A stretch of DNA of 64,000 nucleotides from Chloroflexota bacterium (GCA_026707745.1 JAPOWG010000098.1:4241-68240); one strand, 5' to 3'. Shown: positions 8,889 through 16,712, counted from the stretch's first letter. Made by a program: numbers and translations. Notes: generated from the letters alone by a model not told the origin.

Positions 8889-9494
8889 GTGATGAAGGAT
8901 TCGAAAACTGATATGCCGCAAAGAACTATTGCCTGGATCGATACCGTTCCTGAAGAGCGAGCCAACGGGGAATTGAAGCGCGCATATCGTCGCAGCGCCG
9001 ATCCGGTTTCCGGAAAGGTCGATCACATCATGCAGATTCACAGCTTGAATCCGGCTTCGTTAGTTGATCATCTGCACCTGTACAAGACCTTGATGTACGG
9101 CGATTCGCCCTTGAGTCGCATCCAGCGTGAAATGATCGGCGTGGTCGTGTCCGCCATCAACCGCTGCGAATACTGACTGCTGCACCATGCGAGGAATCTC
9201 CGTCAGTTGACTGGGGATAGAGATTGGACGGCGCAGATTGAGTCTGACTATCGCGGAGCGGATTTGACCCCGGCTGACCGACAGATGCTGGATTACGCGG
9301 CCAAGTTGACGCTCGCGCCCTGGCAAATGACCGAGAAGGATGTCATCGCATTAAGAGAGCTTGGTTTCAGCGATAGGGCGGTTCTGGATATCGCGCAAGT
9401 TGCCGCATATTACGCTTATGTCAATCGAATAGCCGACGGCTTGGGCGTGTCGCTGGAAGCGTATTGGGCGGATGGAAAAGAAGACTACGATTAA
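8889..9494 (+). CDS. AhpD/carboxymuconolactone-decarboxylase-family 'peroxidase-related enzyme' with an in-frame TGA (9174..9176) at the second Cys of the CxxC motif; candidate selenoprotein (C-E-Y-U)
   Basis: ORF-track fragments 8889..9176 and 9207..9494 are in the same frame, separated only by one TGA. The read-through gives ...VVVSAINRCEY[TGA]LLHHARNLRQL..., which fits the family signature S-x-x-N-x-C-x-Y-C-x-x-x-H. The combined length of about 201 aa is normal for this family. The C-terminal half (ADRQMLDYAAKLTLAPWQMTEKDVIALRELGFSDRAVLDIAQVAAYYAYVNRIADGLGV) is also typical. Confidence 0.7.
9198..9216 (+). promoter_or_regulatory. candidate bacterial SECIS-like hairpin downstream of the TGA at 9174
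   Basis: CUCC-GUC[AGUU]GAC-(U)-GGGG. This is a 7-bp stem (one G.U pair), a bulged U at 9212, and an apical loop AGUU containing GU. The stem starts 21 nt after the TGA. An alternative outer pairing is AAUCUC (9195-9200) with GAGAUU (9220-9225). Confidence 0.4.
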
Positions 9495-9500
9495 AAGCGC

Positions 9501-9629
9501 CTATCCCCGCGTGGCGAGCGCCAGCAGAACAAGAATCAACACGATGGTTACAATCGCAAAGACAGCATAAAACTGGGCAAAGCGCTTGCGAGCGTCCGAT
9601 CCTTCCTTGAAAATATCGCTCAGCTTCAT
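9501..9629 (-). CDS. possible small single-pass membrane protein (42 aa)
   Basis: MKLSDIFKEGSDARKRFAQFYAVFAIVTIVLILVLLALATRG has a charged head plus one hydrophobic helix. The RBS is weak, and it is taken from the longer track ORF 9501..9698. Speculative. Confidence 0.25.
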   Translation of the reverse strand: MKLSDIFKEGSDARKRFAQFYAVFAIVTIVLILVLLALATRG

Positions 9630-9720
9630 GATGACCATCCGGCATTTGCTGCAACCATTCCTCAGAATCAGCATAAATCCATTTTTTGCTGTTTGCAAAC
9701 GAAGGAAGTGTATTGAAGTC

Positions 9721-9767
9721 GGTTGAAAATCGTTTTAACCACCGAGGGGCGAGCCGACGGCTCGCCC
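9721..9767. other. two adjacent perfect hairpins in noncoding DNA
   Basis: GGTTGAAA-ATCG-TTTTAACC (9721-9740, 8 bp including one G.U pair) and GGGCGAGCC-GAC-GGCTCGCCC (9747-9767, 9 bp). The linker ACCACCGAGGGGCG also occurs at about 5639-5652, next to the tandem array. Confidence 0.6.
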
Positions 9768-9876
9768 AAAACAGCTTTTCGATAGTTTTGGTATTTTCTT
9801 TCATAGTGCAGTCATTCGCATTACTTTCTTGCAAGTACTGAGGGTACAGAGAAAAACCAACAGAGAAATATATTTT

Positions 9877-9923
9877 GCGGGCGTTTCAGCGGGTCGCGTA
9901 TACACTGACTGTCAAACGCCCGC
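9877..9923. repeat. hairpin-embedded fragment of the GGTCGCG/ACACTGAC repeat family
   Basis: GCGGGCGTTT (9877-9886) pairs with AAACGCCCGC (9914-9923). The loop reads cagcGGGTCGCGTATACACTGACTGTC, matching the family core. Confidence 0.6.
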
Positions 9924-10039
9924 ATACAAAAGGCCAAAGAGCGGGCAGCACGTCGTGCCTCCCCCGACAATGCGGAGCTTTTTTTGCGTGACTTACTTGG
10001 ATTTACTGAGAAAAGCAAGGCTGTACATTTCATCTTCAG

Positions 10040-10250
10040 TGATACAGATTACCCATTTCGGTTGAAATAAAGAACAACAGCCAGCCGACAGCCGGTAGGG
10101 GTGATCTATCAGATCGCCCGACGATAAGAAACTGAATGTGTATCGGGTGACTGGCGGTCCGTGTTAACAGTCGGTGTTTACGCGACCTAAGCGACCCACG
10201 CGACCAACTGTTGCGCGTAGACACCGCAGGCCAGTCGTCCGACCGGATCA
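10040..10250 (-). repeat. long copy of the GGTCGCG/ACACTGAC intergenic repeat family, inverted relative to the copy at about 50170-50325
   Basis: The reverse complement reads ...gtgtctacgcgcaacagttggtcgcgtgggtcgcttaggtcgcgtaaacaccgactg...cagtttcttatcgtcgggcgatct...cccctaccggctgtcggctggctgttgttctttatttcaacc. This aligns by eye with 50170-50325 (gtgtctatgcgcagcggttagtcgcc...cagtttttactcgtcgggcgatct...cccctgccggctgtcaggcggttgtttttctttatttcaacc). Confidence 0.75.
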
Positions 10251-10396
10251 CTGGTATTTTGGGTTAAGGATCTCATGTCGAAGTCTGGCAAAAGTAATTC
10301 AACCGAAAAGGATACACTGACAACGACGGTTGATATTTGTCCAAGGGCAGGGGTAGGGGTTACAATGGCTGCCAAAAGGAATTGGCCCCATACAAT

Positions 10397-11842
10397 ATGA
10401 CCCCAATACCTCGAGGTTACAGCGGATTTCTGCTGGTAGTGAAGAAGGACTGCAATACCTGCCAGTTGATTGAGACCGCCATCGCTGAATTACAGCGATC
10501 GGGCGCGCTGCGTGTGACTTCGCAGGACGATCCGCAGTTCCCGGCGGGAGTCCGTGATGTGAAAGACGATCGCGAACTTGAACAGTCCTATCACTTGAAC
10601 ATCGAAACGGTTCCCACGCTGATCGCATGCCAAGATGGCGTGGAACAGGAACGCCTTGTCGGCTGGTCGCGGGAGGACTGGCGGCGCCTGACTGGTATTC
10701 CCTCGCTGGGCACGGATCTTCCCCAATTCAGTCCAGGTTGTGGTTCCAGGACAGTTGAGCCTGGCATGCTGGATAAGCTGGCTTACAGGTTTGGCGACAC
10801 GGTTCTGCAAGCGCGTCGCATTGATGTAGCCGAGATGGAAGACGTCCATGAACTCATGTACGAGCGCGGCTGGTCCGACGGCTTGCCCCTGGTGCCGCCA
10901 AGCGAAGATCGCGTAATGCGTATGTTGGGCGGGACAAGCCGCGCGCCGGACGAGATAGTGGGAGTGATCCCGCCGGATCAGGCGCTGTGCACTGTGGAGA
11001 AAGTGACCATCAACGCGGTGATGGCGGGCTGCAAACCCGAATATCTTCCGGTTGTCTTGGCTGCGGTGGAAGCAGCTTGCCTCGACGAATTCTGTATGCA
11101 CGGGCTGCTGGCGACGACCTATTTCTCGGGGCCCATCGTCATCGTCAACGGACCGATCATCAACGAGATCGGGCTGAACTGGAGCACTAATGCGCTGGGG
11201 CAGGGAAACCGAGCCAATTCAACTATTGGGCGCGCCTTGCAACTGGTGATCCGAAATGTCGGCGGAGGCAAACCCGGGGGCGTCGATCGCGCGGCGCTAG
11301 GGCAGCCGGGTAAAGTCGGTTTCTGCTTTCCTGAGCGCGAACACGACTCATATTGGGAATCGCTGGCGGTCGAAAGGGGCTTTGCCCCGGAACAATCGAC
11401 GGTGACATTGTTCGCCGGCGACGGCGTCCACGGCATCGCCGATCAAAAGTCTCGCGAGCCAAAGTCCCTGACGCGCAGCCTTGCCATGACCCTGCGAACG
11501 GTCAAGCACGGCAAACTCTTTGGGGACGCCAGCGCGATGCTGATTGTCACGCCGGAGCATATGCGCGTCTTTCGAGAAGCCGGTTGGAGCAAAGCGCGTT
11601 TCCGCGAAGAGCTTGACAAATGTCTGAACTTCGACGGCTCGGAATTGATTCGCGGCGCCTCCCATATCGCCGAGGGCATGCCGGAGTCGTCTGCGGGACG
11701 CCGACTGACAAAGTTCGGGCCCGATGGTCTGTTAATTGTCCACACCGGCGGTTCCGCCGGCATGTGGTCCGCGGTGATTGGCGGCTGGGCCGCAACCGGA
11801 GCAAAAGGCAGTACACCGGTAACAGTGGCGATCAAGTCTTGA
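10397..11842 (+). CDS. thioredoxin-fold (C-N-T-C) domain fused to a ~380-aa uncharacterised domain
   Basis: The N-terminus FLLVVKKDCNTCQL...NIETVPTLIACQDG...VGW has a Trx-like CxxC plus a cis-Pro TVPT motif. The remainder (ERGWSDGLPLVPPSEDRV...INAVMAGCKPEYLPVVLAAVEA...) I cannot assign. The track ORF starts at TTG 10337; ATG 10397 is preferred but uncertain. Confidence 0.7.
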   Translation: MTPIPRGYSGFLLVVKKDCNTCQLIETAIAELQRSGALRVTSQDDPQFPAGVRDVKDDRELEQSYHLNIETVPTLIACQDGVEQERLVGWSREDWRRLTGIPSLGTDLPQFSPGCGSRTVEPGMLDKLAYRFGDTVLQARRIDVAEMEDVHELMYERGWSDGLPLVPPSEDRVMRMLGGTSRAPDEIVGVIPPDQALCTVEKVTINAVMAGCKPEYLPVVLAAVEAACLDEFCMHGLLATTYFSGPIVIVNGPIINEIGLNWSTNALGQGNRANSTIGRALQLVIRNVGGGKPGGVDRAALGQPGKVGFCFPEREHDSYWESLAVERGFAPEQSTVTLFAGDGVHGIADQKSREPKSLTRSLAMTLRTVKHGKLFGDASAMLIVTPEHMRVFREAGWSKARFREELDKCLNFDGSELIRGASHIAEGMPESSAGRRLTKFGPDGLLIVHTGGSAGMWSAVIGGWAATGAKGSTPVTVAIKS

Positions 11843-11870
11843 TGTTGTCTTTAAGTGAAAGGAGCGCAAA

Positions 11871-12386
11871 ATGTCCACCATTCTGGACCCAACAGGAGAA
11901 TTGCAGCCGGCGCGACGAGAGCGATTGCCGCGCCTGCCGGAGTTGGCAGGCAAAACTGTGGGGCTGCTGGATATCTCGAAGCCGCGGGGTGATGTCTTTC
12001 TCGATCGCCTGGAGCAACATCTAGGCGCGGGCGGCATCGCGGTTCGGCGTTACCAAAAGCCGACGTTCACGCGAATAGCGCCCGCCGATCTCAAATTTCA
12101 AATCGCGCGCGACTGCGACGTGGTGATCGAAGCGCTCGCTGATTGAGGATCCTGTACGTCGTGCAGTGTGCATGACATCAGTGATCTGGAATCGCGCGGG
12201 GTACCGGGCGTGTTCATCGCCTCGACCGAGTTTGTTGAAGCGGCGGAAGCGCAAGGGGTCGCCCTCGGCTTCGCGCCGGCGGCGCACTTTGTAGCGCATC
12301 CGATCCAAGATCGAAACGACGACGAGATTCGACTTCTGGCGGATACGGCCTATGAGGAGATTCTAGCGCAGATCGTAGAGAATTGA
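11871..12386 (+). CDS. 'UGSC'-motif protein with an in-frame TGA (12144..12146); candidate selenoprotein (U-G-S-C-T-S-C)
   Basis: Track fragments 11871..12146 and 12168..12386 share one frame across a single TGA. The read-through gives ...DCDVVIEALAD[TGA]GSCTSCSVHDISDLESRGVPGVFIASTEF..., about 171 aa. The [U/C]GSC motif is the one that, as I recall, names the RefSeq product class 'UGSC family (seleno)protein'. Confidence 0.72.
12158..12176 (+). promoter_or_regulatory. candidate bacterial SECIS hairpin downstream of the TGA at 12144
   Basis: GUCGUGC(A)-GUG-(U)GCAUGAC forms a 7-8 bp stem (one G.U pair) with an apical loop containing GU. Exactly 11 nt (12147-12157) separate the TGA from the stem base, which is the spacing known for the E. 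coli fdhF minimal SECIS. Confidence 0.5.
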
Positions 12387-12396
12387 GGGATGTGAA

Positions 12397-13638
12397 TCAC
12401 TGGTACCGGCTGATGACAACAGCGGTATTGTGTCCGCCGAAGCCAAAAGAGTTGCTCAATACGTGGTCGATGGGATGTGATTTGCCGACGTTGGGCGTAT
12501 AGTCGAGATCACAGTCCGGATCGGGCGTTTCGAGATTGATAGTCGGCGGGATGAAATTGTCTTCTATCGACTTGACGGCGAAGATCGCCTCAGTGGCCGC
12601 GGTAGCGCCCAGGATATGGCCTGTCATTGATTTGGTCGAGCTAATGGGAATGTTGTAGGCACCTTCGCCCAGCGCCAGCTTGATGGCCAGGGTTTCGCTC
12701 TTGTCGTTGAGTTGGGTGCCGGTGCCGTGCGCGTTGATATAGTCTATTCCCTCCGGTTCGAGCCGCGCTTCGCGCAGGGCGCGGCGCATAGCTTCCGCTG
12801 CGTCGACGCCGTCGGGATTAGGCGCCGTCACATGAAAGGCGTCCGAGGTGTGACCATAGCCGGTCAACTCGGCGTAGATATGCACACCGCGGTCCAGCGC
12901 GTGATCAAGGTCTTCCAGGATCAGCAAGGCGGCGCCTTCGGCCGCGACGAATCCGTCGCGATTGGCGTCGAAAGGACGCGCCGCTTTGTCGGGAACGTCC
13001 TCGGTATTTGTCAAGACTTTCATATTGTTAAAGCCGCTGATGACCATGGGCATGATGCAGGCTTCACTGCCGCCGGCCACCATCATTTTGGCGCGACCCA
13101 TGCGGATCAGGTCGGCAGCGTCACCCAAGGAATTGTTACTTGTGGCGCAAGCCGCCGTGATATTGTAATTGGGACCTTTCAGCCCGAAGTGCATGGACAC
13201 GCGCGAGCTGATGCCGTCGTGCAGCAAGGCGGGCACGATGACGGGGCTTACGCCGCGGTGGCCTTTGGCTTCGAAGCCCTGCAGCGCCTGCACAACGGTG
13301 ACGATGCCCCCGATGCCAGATCCGACGACGACGCCGACATCGTACATATTGTCGTCGTCGATCGTGATCTCGGCGTCGTTCAGGGCTTCTTCCGCAGCGA
13401 CCAGCGCCAGCATCTGCGCGCGGTCCATGCGGCGCACTTCGCGCCTGCCGAATTTAGCGATCAGATCCAGGTCCTTGACTTCGCCCGCCACACGGTTTTC
13501 AACCAAAGCCGTGTCGAACAAGGTGATCCAGTCGATGCCGGAGTTGCCAGCGCGAATATTCGCCCAGGCGTCGTCGACAGTGTTGCCGCAGGGGCAGACA
13601 AGACCCATTCCAGTGATGACCACACGTTTTTCAGCCAT
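12397..13638 (-). CDS. fabF: beta-ketoacyl-ACP synthase II
   Basis: 413 aa. Contains VVITGMGLVCPCGN..., an active-site context ...ACATS..., and a C-terminal HGTGT...SNSFGFGGHN, all classic KAS II features. Confidence 0.95.
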   Translation of the reverse strand: MAEKRVVITGMGLVCPCGNTVDDAWANIRAGNSGIDWITLFDTALVENRVAGEVKDLDLIAKFGRREVRRMDRAQMLALVAAEEALNDAEITIDDDNMYDVGVVVGSGIGGIVTVVQALQGFEAKGHRGVSPVIVPALLHDGISSRVSMHFGLKGPNYNITAACATSNNSLGDAADLIRMGRAKMMVAGGSEACIMPMVISGFNNMKVLTNTEDVPDKAARPFDANRDGFVAAEGAALLILEDLDHALDRGVHIYAELTGYGHTSDAFHVTAPNPDGVDAAEAMRRALREARLEPEGIDYINAHGTGTQLNDKSETLAIKLALGEGAYNIPISSTKSMTGHILGATAATEAIFAVKSIEDNFIPPTINLETPDPDCDLDYTPNVGKSHPIDHVLSNSFGFGGHNTAVVISRYQ

Positions 13639-13794
13639 GGCCGGGCTTTCTTTTCCGCAAGCTACCTAAGCCGACAGAGATCGTTCTGAGTCCCGATTAT
13701 ACTACCGATAGCACGTACTGCCAGAGAGCGTTGTTTGATTTGCTGTCTCAAACGATTGGGAGGCAAGGGTTGAAGCGTCCTTTACGGGAGGCGG

Positions 13795-14043
13795 CTAGCC
13801 TTGCAGTTCATCGAGCAGAGCCTGCTTGGCGTCTGGGGGGAGTTGATTGTATGGGAGATCCATCAGCGCGCCTTGCAAAGCCCAGAGCATGTTTCGGCTG
13901 ACCGGGAAGCGGGCGCGCAATCGTCTGTAGACCTCTGCCGCGCCCAGCTCTTCAATCTGTGATACAGAATCGATTCCGATGGCGAGCAGCCAGTTGGCCG
14001 AGGTTTCGCCGATATTCTTCAGCTTGAGCAGGTCCTCGCGCAT
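13795..14043 (-). CDS. TfoX/Sxy C-terminal-domain protein
   Basis: 82 aa. LLKLKNIGETSANWLLAIGIDSVSQIEELGAAEVYRRL...LWALQGAL matches the helix-hairpin-helix-like TfoX_C domain pattern. Confidence 0.65.
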   Translation of the reverse strand: MREDLLKLKNIGETSANWLLAIGIDSVSQIEELGAAEVYRRLRARFPVSRNMLWALQGALMDLPYNQLPPDAKQALLDELQG

Positions 14044-14061
14044 GCGTCATTTCTCGCGGGT

Positions 14062-15360
14062 TTAGGCGTTCGCTAAGCTATCGGGCTCGGGTCCAGCGAC
14101 GGCGATCACCATATTCTTCGGATCAAGATAGCCTTGGGCTGCCTTCAGCACATCGTCTTTGCTGATCTGATAGATCATGTCCTTGTATTCCGCCAGATAA
14201 TTGAGCCCCAGGTTGTAGCTTTCCATGGCATGGATATGCGAGGAGATCCCTTCGTTGCTTTCCAGCCGCAGCGGCAGGCGGCCGGTGAAGTAACTTTGAT
14301 TGTCCGCCAGATCCCGGTCCGAAACAGGTTCGCTCACCAGACGCTCAATCTCGGAAAGGATGCTGTCGATGGCCTTTTCGACATTGTCGGGATTGACGCC
14401 GGCGCTGACGATCCAGGGATCGGGACCGTGCCCACCTCCCACATGGCTATAGGCATAATATGCCAGACCCTGTTCTTCTCGAACGCTCTTGCCAATGCGC
14501 CCCATCATGCCGAATTCGCCCAAAACGCTGTTGGCGATTTGAGCGGCCAGGTAGTCCGTCGCTCCGCGGGCGGGCCCCAGGGCGCCCATACTGATATCGC
14601 ATTGCGTCTTCCCGGGTACGAAGACGGTCTGCCGTTCCGTCCCGCTCGGCACGTCCGGGAAACCGGCGCGGGCGACCTCCGATTGCTCGGGATTGCGCCA
14701 GTCGCCCAGGGTCTCGCGGACCATTCGAAGGGCGTCTTCCGTATCGACATCCCCGACAAGCACCAGGATCATGCCGTCGGGACCAACATGACTCGCATGG
14801 AAATCGGACAGATCCGCTTTGGTGATGTTCCCGATTGTACGCTCGTCGCCGTAGGTTCCGTAATGATAGGGATGAGAAGCCGGGTAAAGCGCTTGTCGCA
14901 TGGCTTTGCCGGCGCGGTAGCGCGTGTCGAAGCTGCTGTATTGGAGCCAGGTTAGTCGTTCGCCGCGCAGGCGTTCAAAATGCTCCGATGGAAAAGTGGG
15001 ATAGCGCAGGGCCTCGTTCGCCGTTTCCAAAAGGGGGCGCAGGTCTTCCGCCAAAGCTTTGCCGAATAGACCCAGCTTGTGTATATGCCCGCGCATGCTC
15101 AATTCGGCGCCGATACTCTCCAGGGAGGCGTGAATCTCGTCGAAGTCGCGCTGCTGCGTGCCGGTCAGCAGAGCGCTTGATACCAACGAAGCCAAGCCGC
15201 TACGCTCCGGCGTTTCGTAGATGCTGCCGGCGTGAATGGAGGCGGTGATGTTGACAGACTCGACGGCTCTATTCTCGTACACGAGCAGAACCAGGCCGTT
15301 GTCAAACTCGACGCGATTGATATTGCTTTCGTTGGGTATGCTCGCTGCGTAAGACGACAT
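14062..15360 (-). CDS. M16-family (pitrilysin/insulinase-like) peptidase, probable non-catalytic partner
   Basis: 432 aa with M16 fold blocks but no HxxEH near the N-terminus. It follows the HxxEH-containing paralog after a 2-nt gap. Confidence 0.8.
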   Translation of the reverse strand: MSSYAASIPNESNINRVEFDNGLVLLVYENRAVESVNITASIHAGSIYETPERSGLASLVSSALLTGTQQRDFDEIHASLESIGAELSMRGHIHKLGLFGKALAEDLRPLLETANEALRYPTFPSEHFERLRGERLTWLQYSSFDTRYRAGKAMRQALYPASHPYHYGTYGDERTIGNITKADLSDFHASHVGPDGMILVLVGDVDTEDALRMVRETLGDWRNPEQSEVARAGFPDVPSGTERQTVFVPGKTQCDISMGALGPARGATDYLAAQIANSVLGEFGMMGRIGKSVREEQGLAYYAYSHVGGGHGPDPWIVSAGVNPDNVEKAIDSILSEIERLVSEPVSDRDLADNQSYFTGRLPLRLESNEGISSHIHAMESYNLGLNYLAEYKDMIYQISKDDVLKAAQGYLDPKNMVIAVAGPEPDSLANA

Positions 15361-15362
15361 GG

Positions 15363-16634
15363 TTAGGCCCTCTCCGCCTCGGGATCGGTCGGCTGCAATA
15401 TGCCTACAATACGTCCTTTCGGAACCAGGTAGCGGTTGGCGACCTCCAGGACGTCATCCGCTGAAACGCGGGTTAAGCGATCCAGGTAGCCGTCGAACCA
15501 ATCTTCTTTGTCCAATACGAAGGATTGCGCCAGCCAATAAGCTTGCTCGGTGACGCTTTCGGTGCTGTAAGCGAAGGCCGCTTTGGCCTGTTTGCGCGCT
15601 TTGCTCAATTCTTCCCCGCTTATGCCATGCTCTTGCAATCGGGCGATTTCCCCCAGCAGGACTTCTTCCGCCTCTTCGGGGCTGCGTTCGTCCCTCAAGG
15701 TCACAATGATGCTGTAGAGATAGGGATCAATGGTCGGGACGATCATGGCGCCGACGCCGGCGGCGATCTCGGTTTTCACCAGCGCTTGATACAAGCGGCT
15801 GGTCTTGTTGTCCGAAGCGCCGCCCGATCCGCTCAGGACATTGTCGAGCACTTTGAGCTTGACCCAGTCTTGGTGGGCCGCGTCCGGAATGCGGTGGCAG
15901 ATCTCGTAGAAGGCGGTCTGGCCGGGGCGCTCGACCCATACCCGCCGTTCTCCCTGCTGGGAGGGTTCAGCCCGGACAAAAAGTTGCGGCGCCTCGCGGG
16001 ATTCGATTGAGCCGTAGAAGCTTTCGATCTTCGAGAGCATTGCAGCGCTGTCGAAGGCGCCGACGGCCACGGCCACGGCGTTGGCGGGACAATAGTGACG
16101 GCGATAATGGTCATAGAGATCGTCGCGCGTCATGCTACGCAGGTCGGTTTCGTCGCCGATGATTTCGTGATGATAACCATGGACGCGGAAGGCGGCGCCG
16201 CGCACTTCTTCAGCCAGCCAGAAAGTGGGCTGGTTTTCCAGGCCTTGCCGCTCGGAGATGATGACCGTGCGTTCCGACTCGGTCTCCTCGGGATCAAAGA
16301 TGGCGTTGGCCATGCGGTCGGCTTCCGCCTCCATAGCGATGTCGATCTTGTCGGCGGGCAAGGTCTCGAAGTACATGGTGTAATCCATGAAGGTGAAGGC
16401 GTTCCACTGGCCGCCGGCGCGGTCGATTTCGCGGTCGAGGGCGCCGGCCGGGAAGCGCTCGGTGCCTTTGAACATCATGTGCTCCACCCAGTGTGAGATG
16501 CCGGTTTTGCCGGTGGGTTCGTTGCGGCTGCCGACTTTGTAGCCGATCCACCAGCTGATGATGGGGGCGCTGTGGACTTCTTTGAGGATGACGGTTAAGC
16601 CGTTGGGGAGGGTGTGGCGGGTGGTTTGGGGCAT
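15363..16634 (-). CDS. M16-family zinc peptidase (catalytic subunit)
   Basis: GISHWVEHMMFKGT contains the inverted zinc motif HxxEH. Length and layout are typical for the family. Confidence 0.88.
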   Translation of the reverse strand: MPQTTRHTLPNGLTVILKEVHSAPIISWWIGYKVGSRNEPTGKTGISHWVEHMMFKGTERFPAGALDREIDRAGGQWNAFTFMDYTMYFETLPADKIDIAMEAEADRMANAIFDPEETESERTVIISERQGLENQPTFWLAEEVRGAAFRVHGYHHEIIGDETDLRSMTRDDLYDHYRRHYCPANAVAVAVGAFDSAAMLSKIESFYGSIESREAPQLFVRAEPSQQGERRVWVERPGQTAFYEICHRIPDAAHQDWVKLKVLDNVLSGSGGASDNKTSRLYQALVKTEIAAGVGAMIVPTIDPYLYSIIVTLRDERSPEEAEEVLLGEIARLQEHGISGEELSKARKQAKAAFAYSTESVTEQAYWLAQSFVLDKEDWFDGYLDRLTRVSADDVLEVANRYLVPKGRIVGILQPTDPEAERA

Positions 16635-16712
16635 AGGTCAATCCAAATCGAGTTCGTTAATTTAAGAAATATCCTGAAAACCAAGGAATTGGCGGATTAT
16701 AGCACATGGCTT

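Noticed and set aside
9703-9790. tRNA-Sec (selC) candidate, because the stretch starts GGAAG... and is highly structured and lies next to the TGA-containing genes
   Set aside because: There is no UCA anticodon loop (CUUCAAA-like), no T-loop GTTCGA/GTTCAA motif and no acceptor pairing. The structures are two simple hairpins.
12712-13689. Long antisense or alternative-frame ORFs in the track. Examples: 12712..13689 opposite fabF, 248..916 and 1390..1995 inside livM/livH, 33068..34078 opposite the binding protein, 48135..48983 opposite rnj, 14134..14955, and 19020..19892.
   Set aside because: Their translations are Arg/Ala/Gly/Pro-rich and low in complexity. That is typical of shadow frames in GC-rich coding DNA, and each fully overlaps a gene with clear family signatures.
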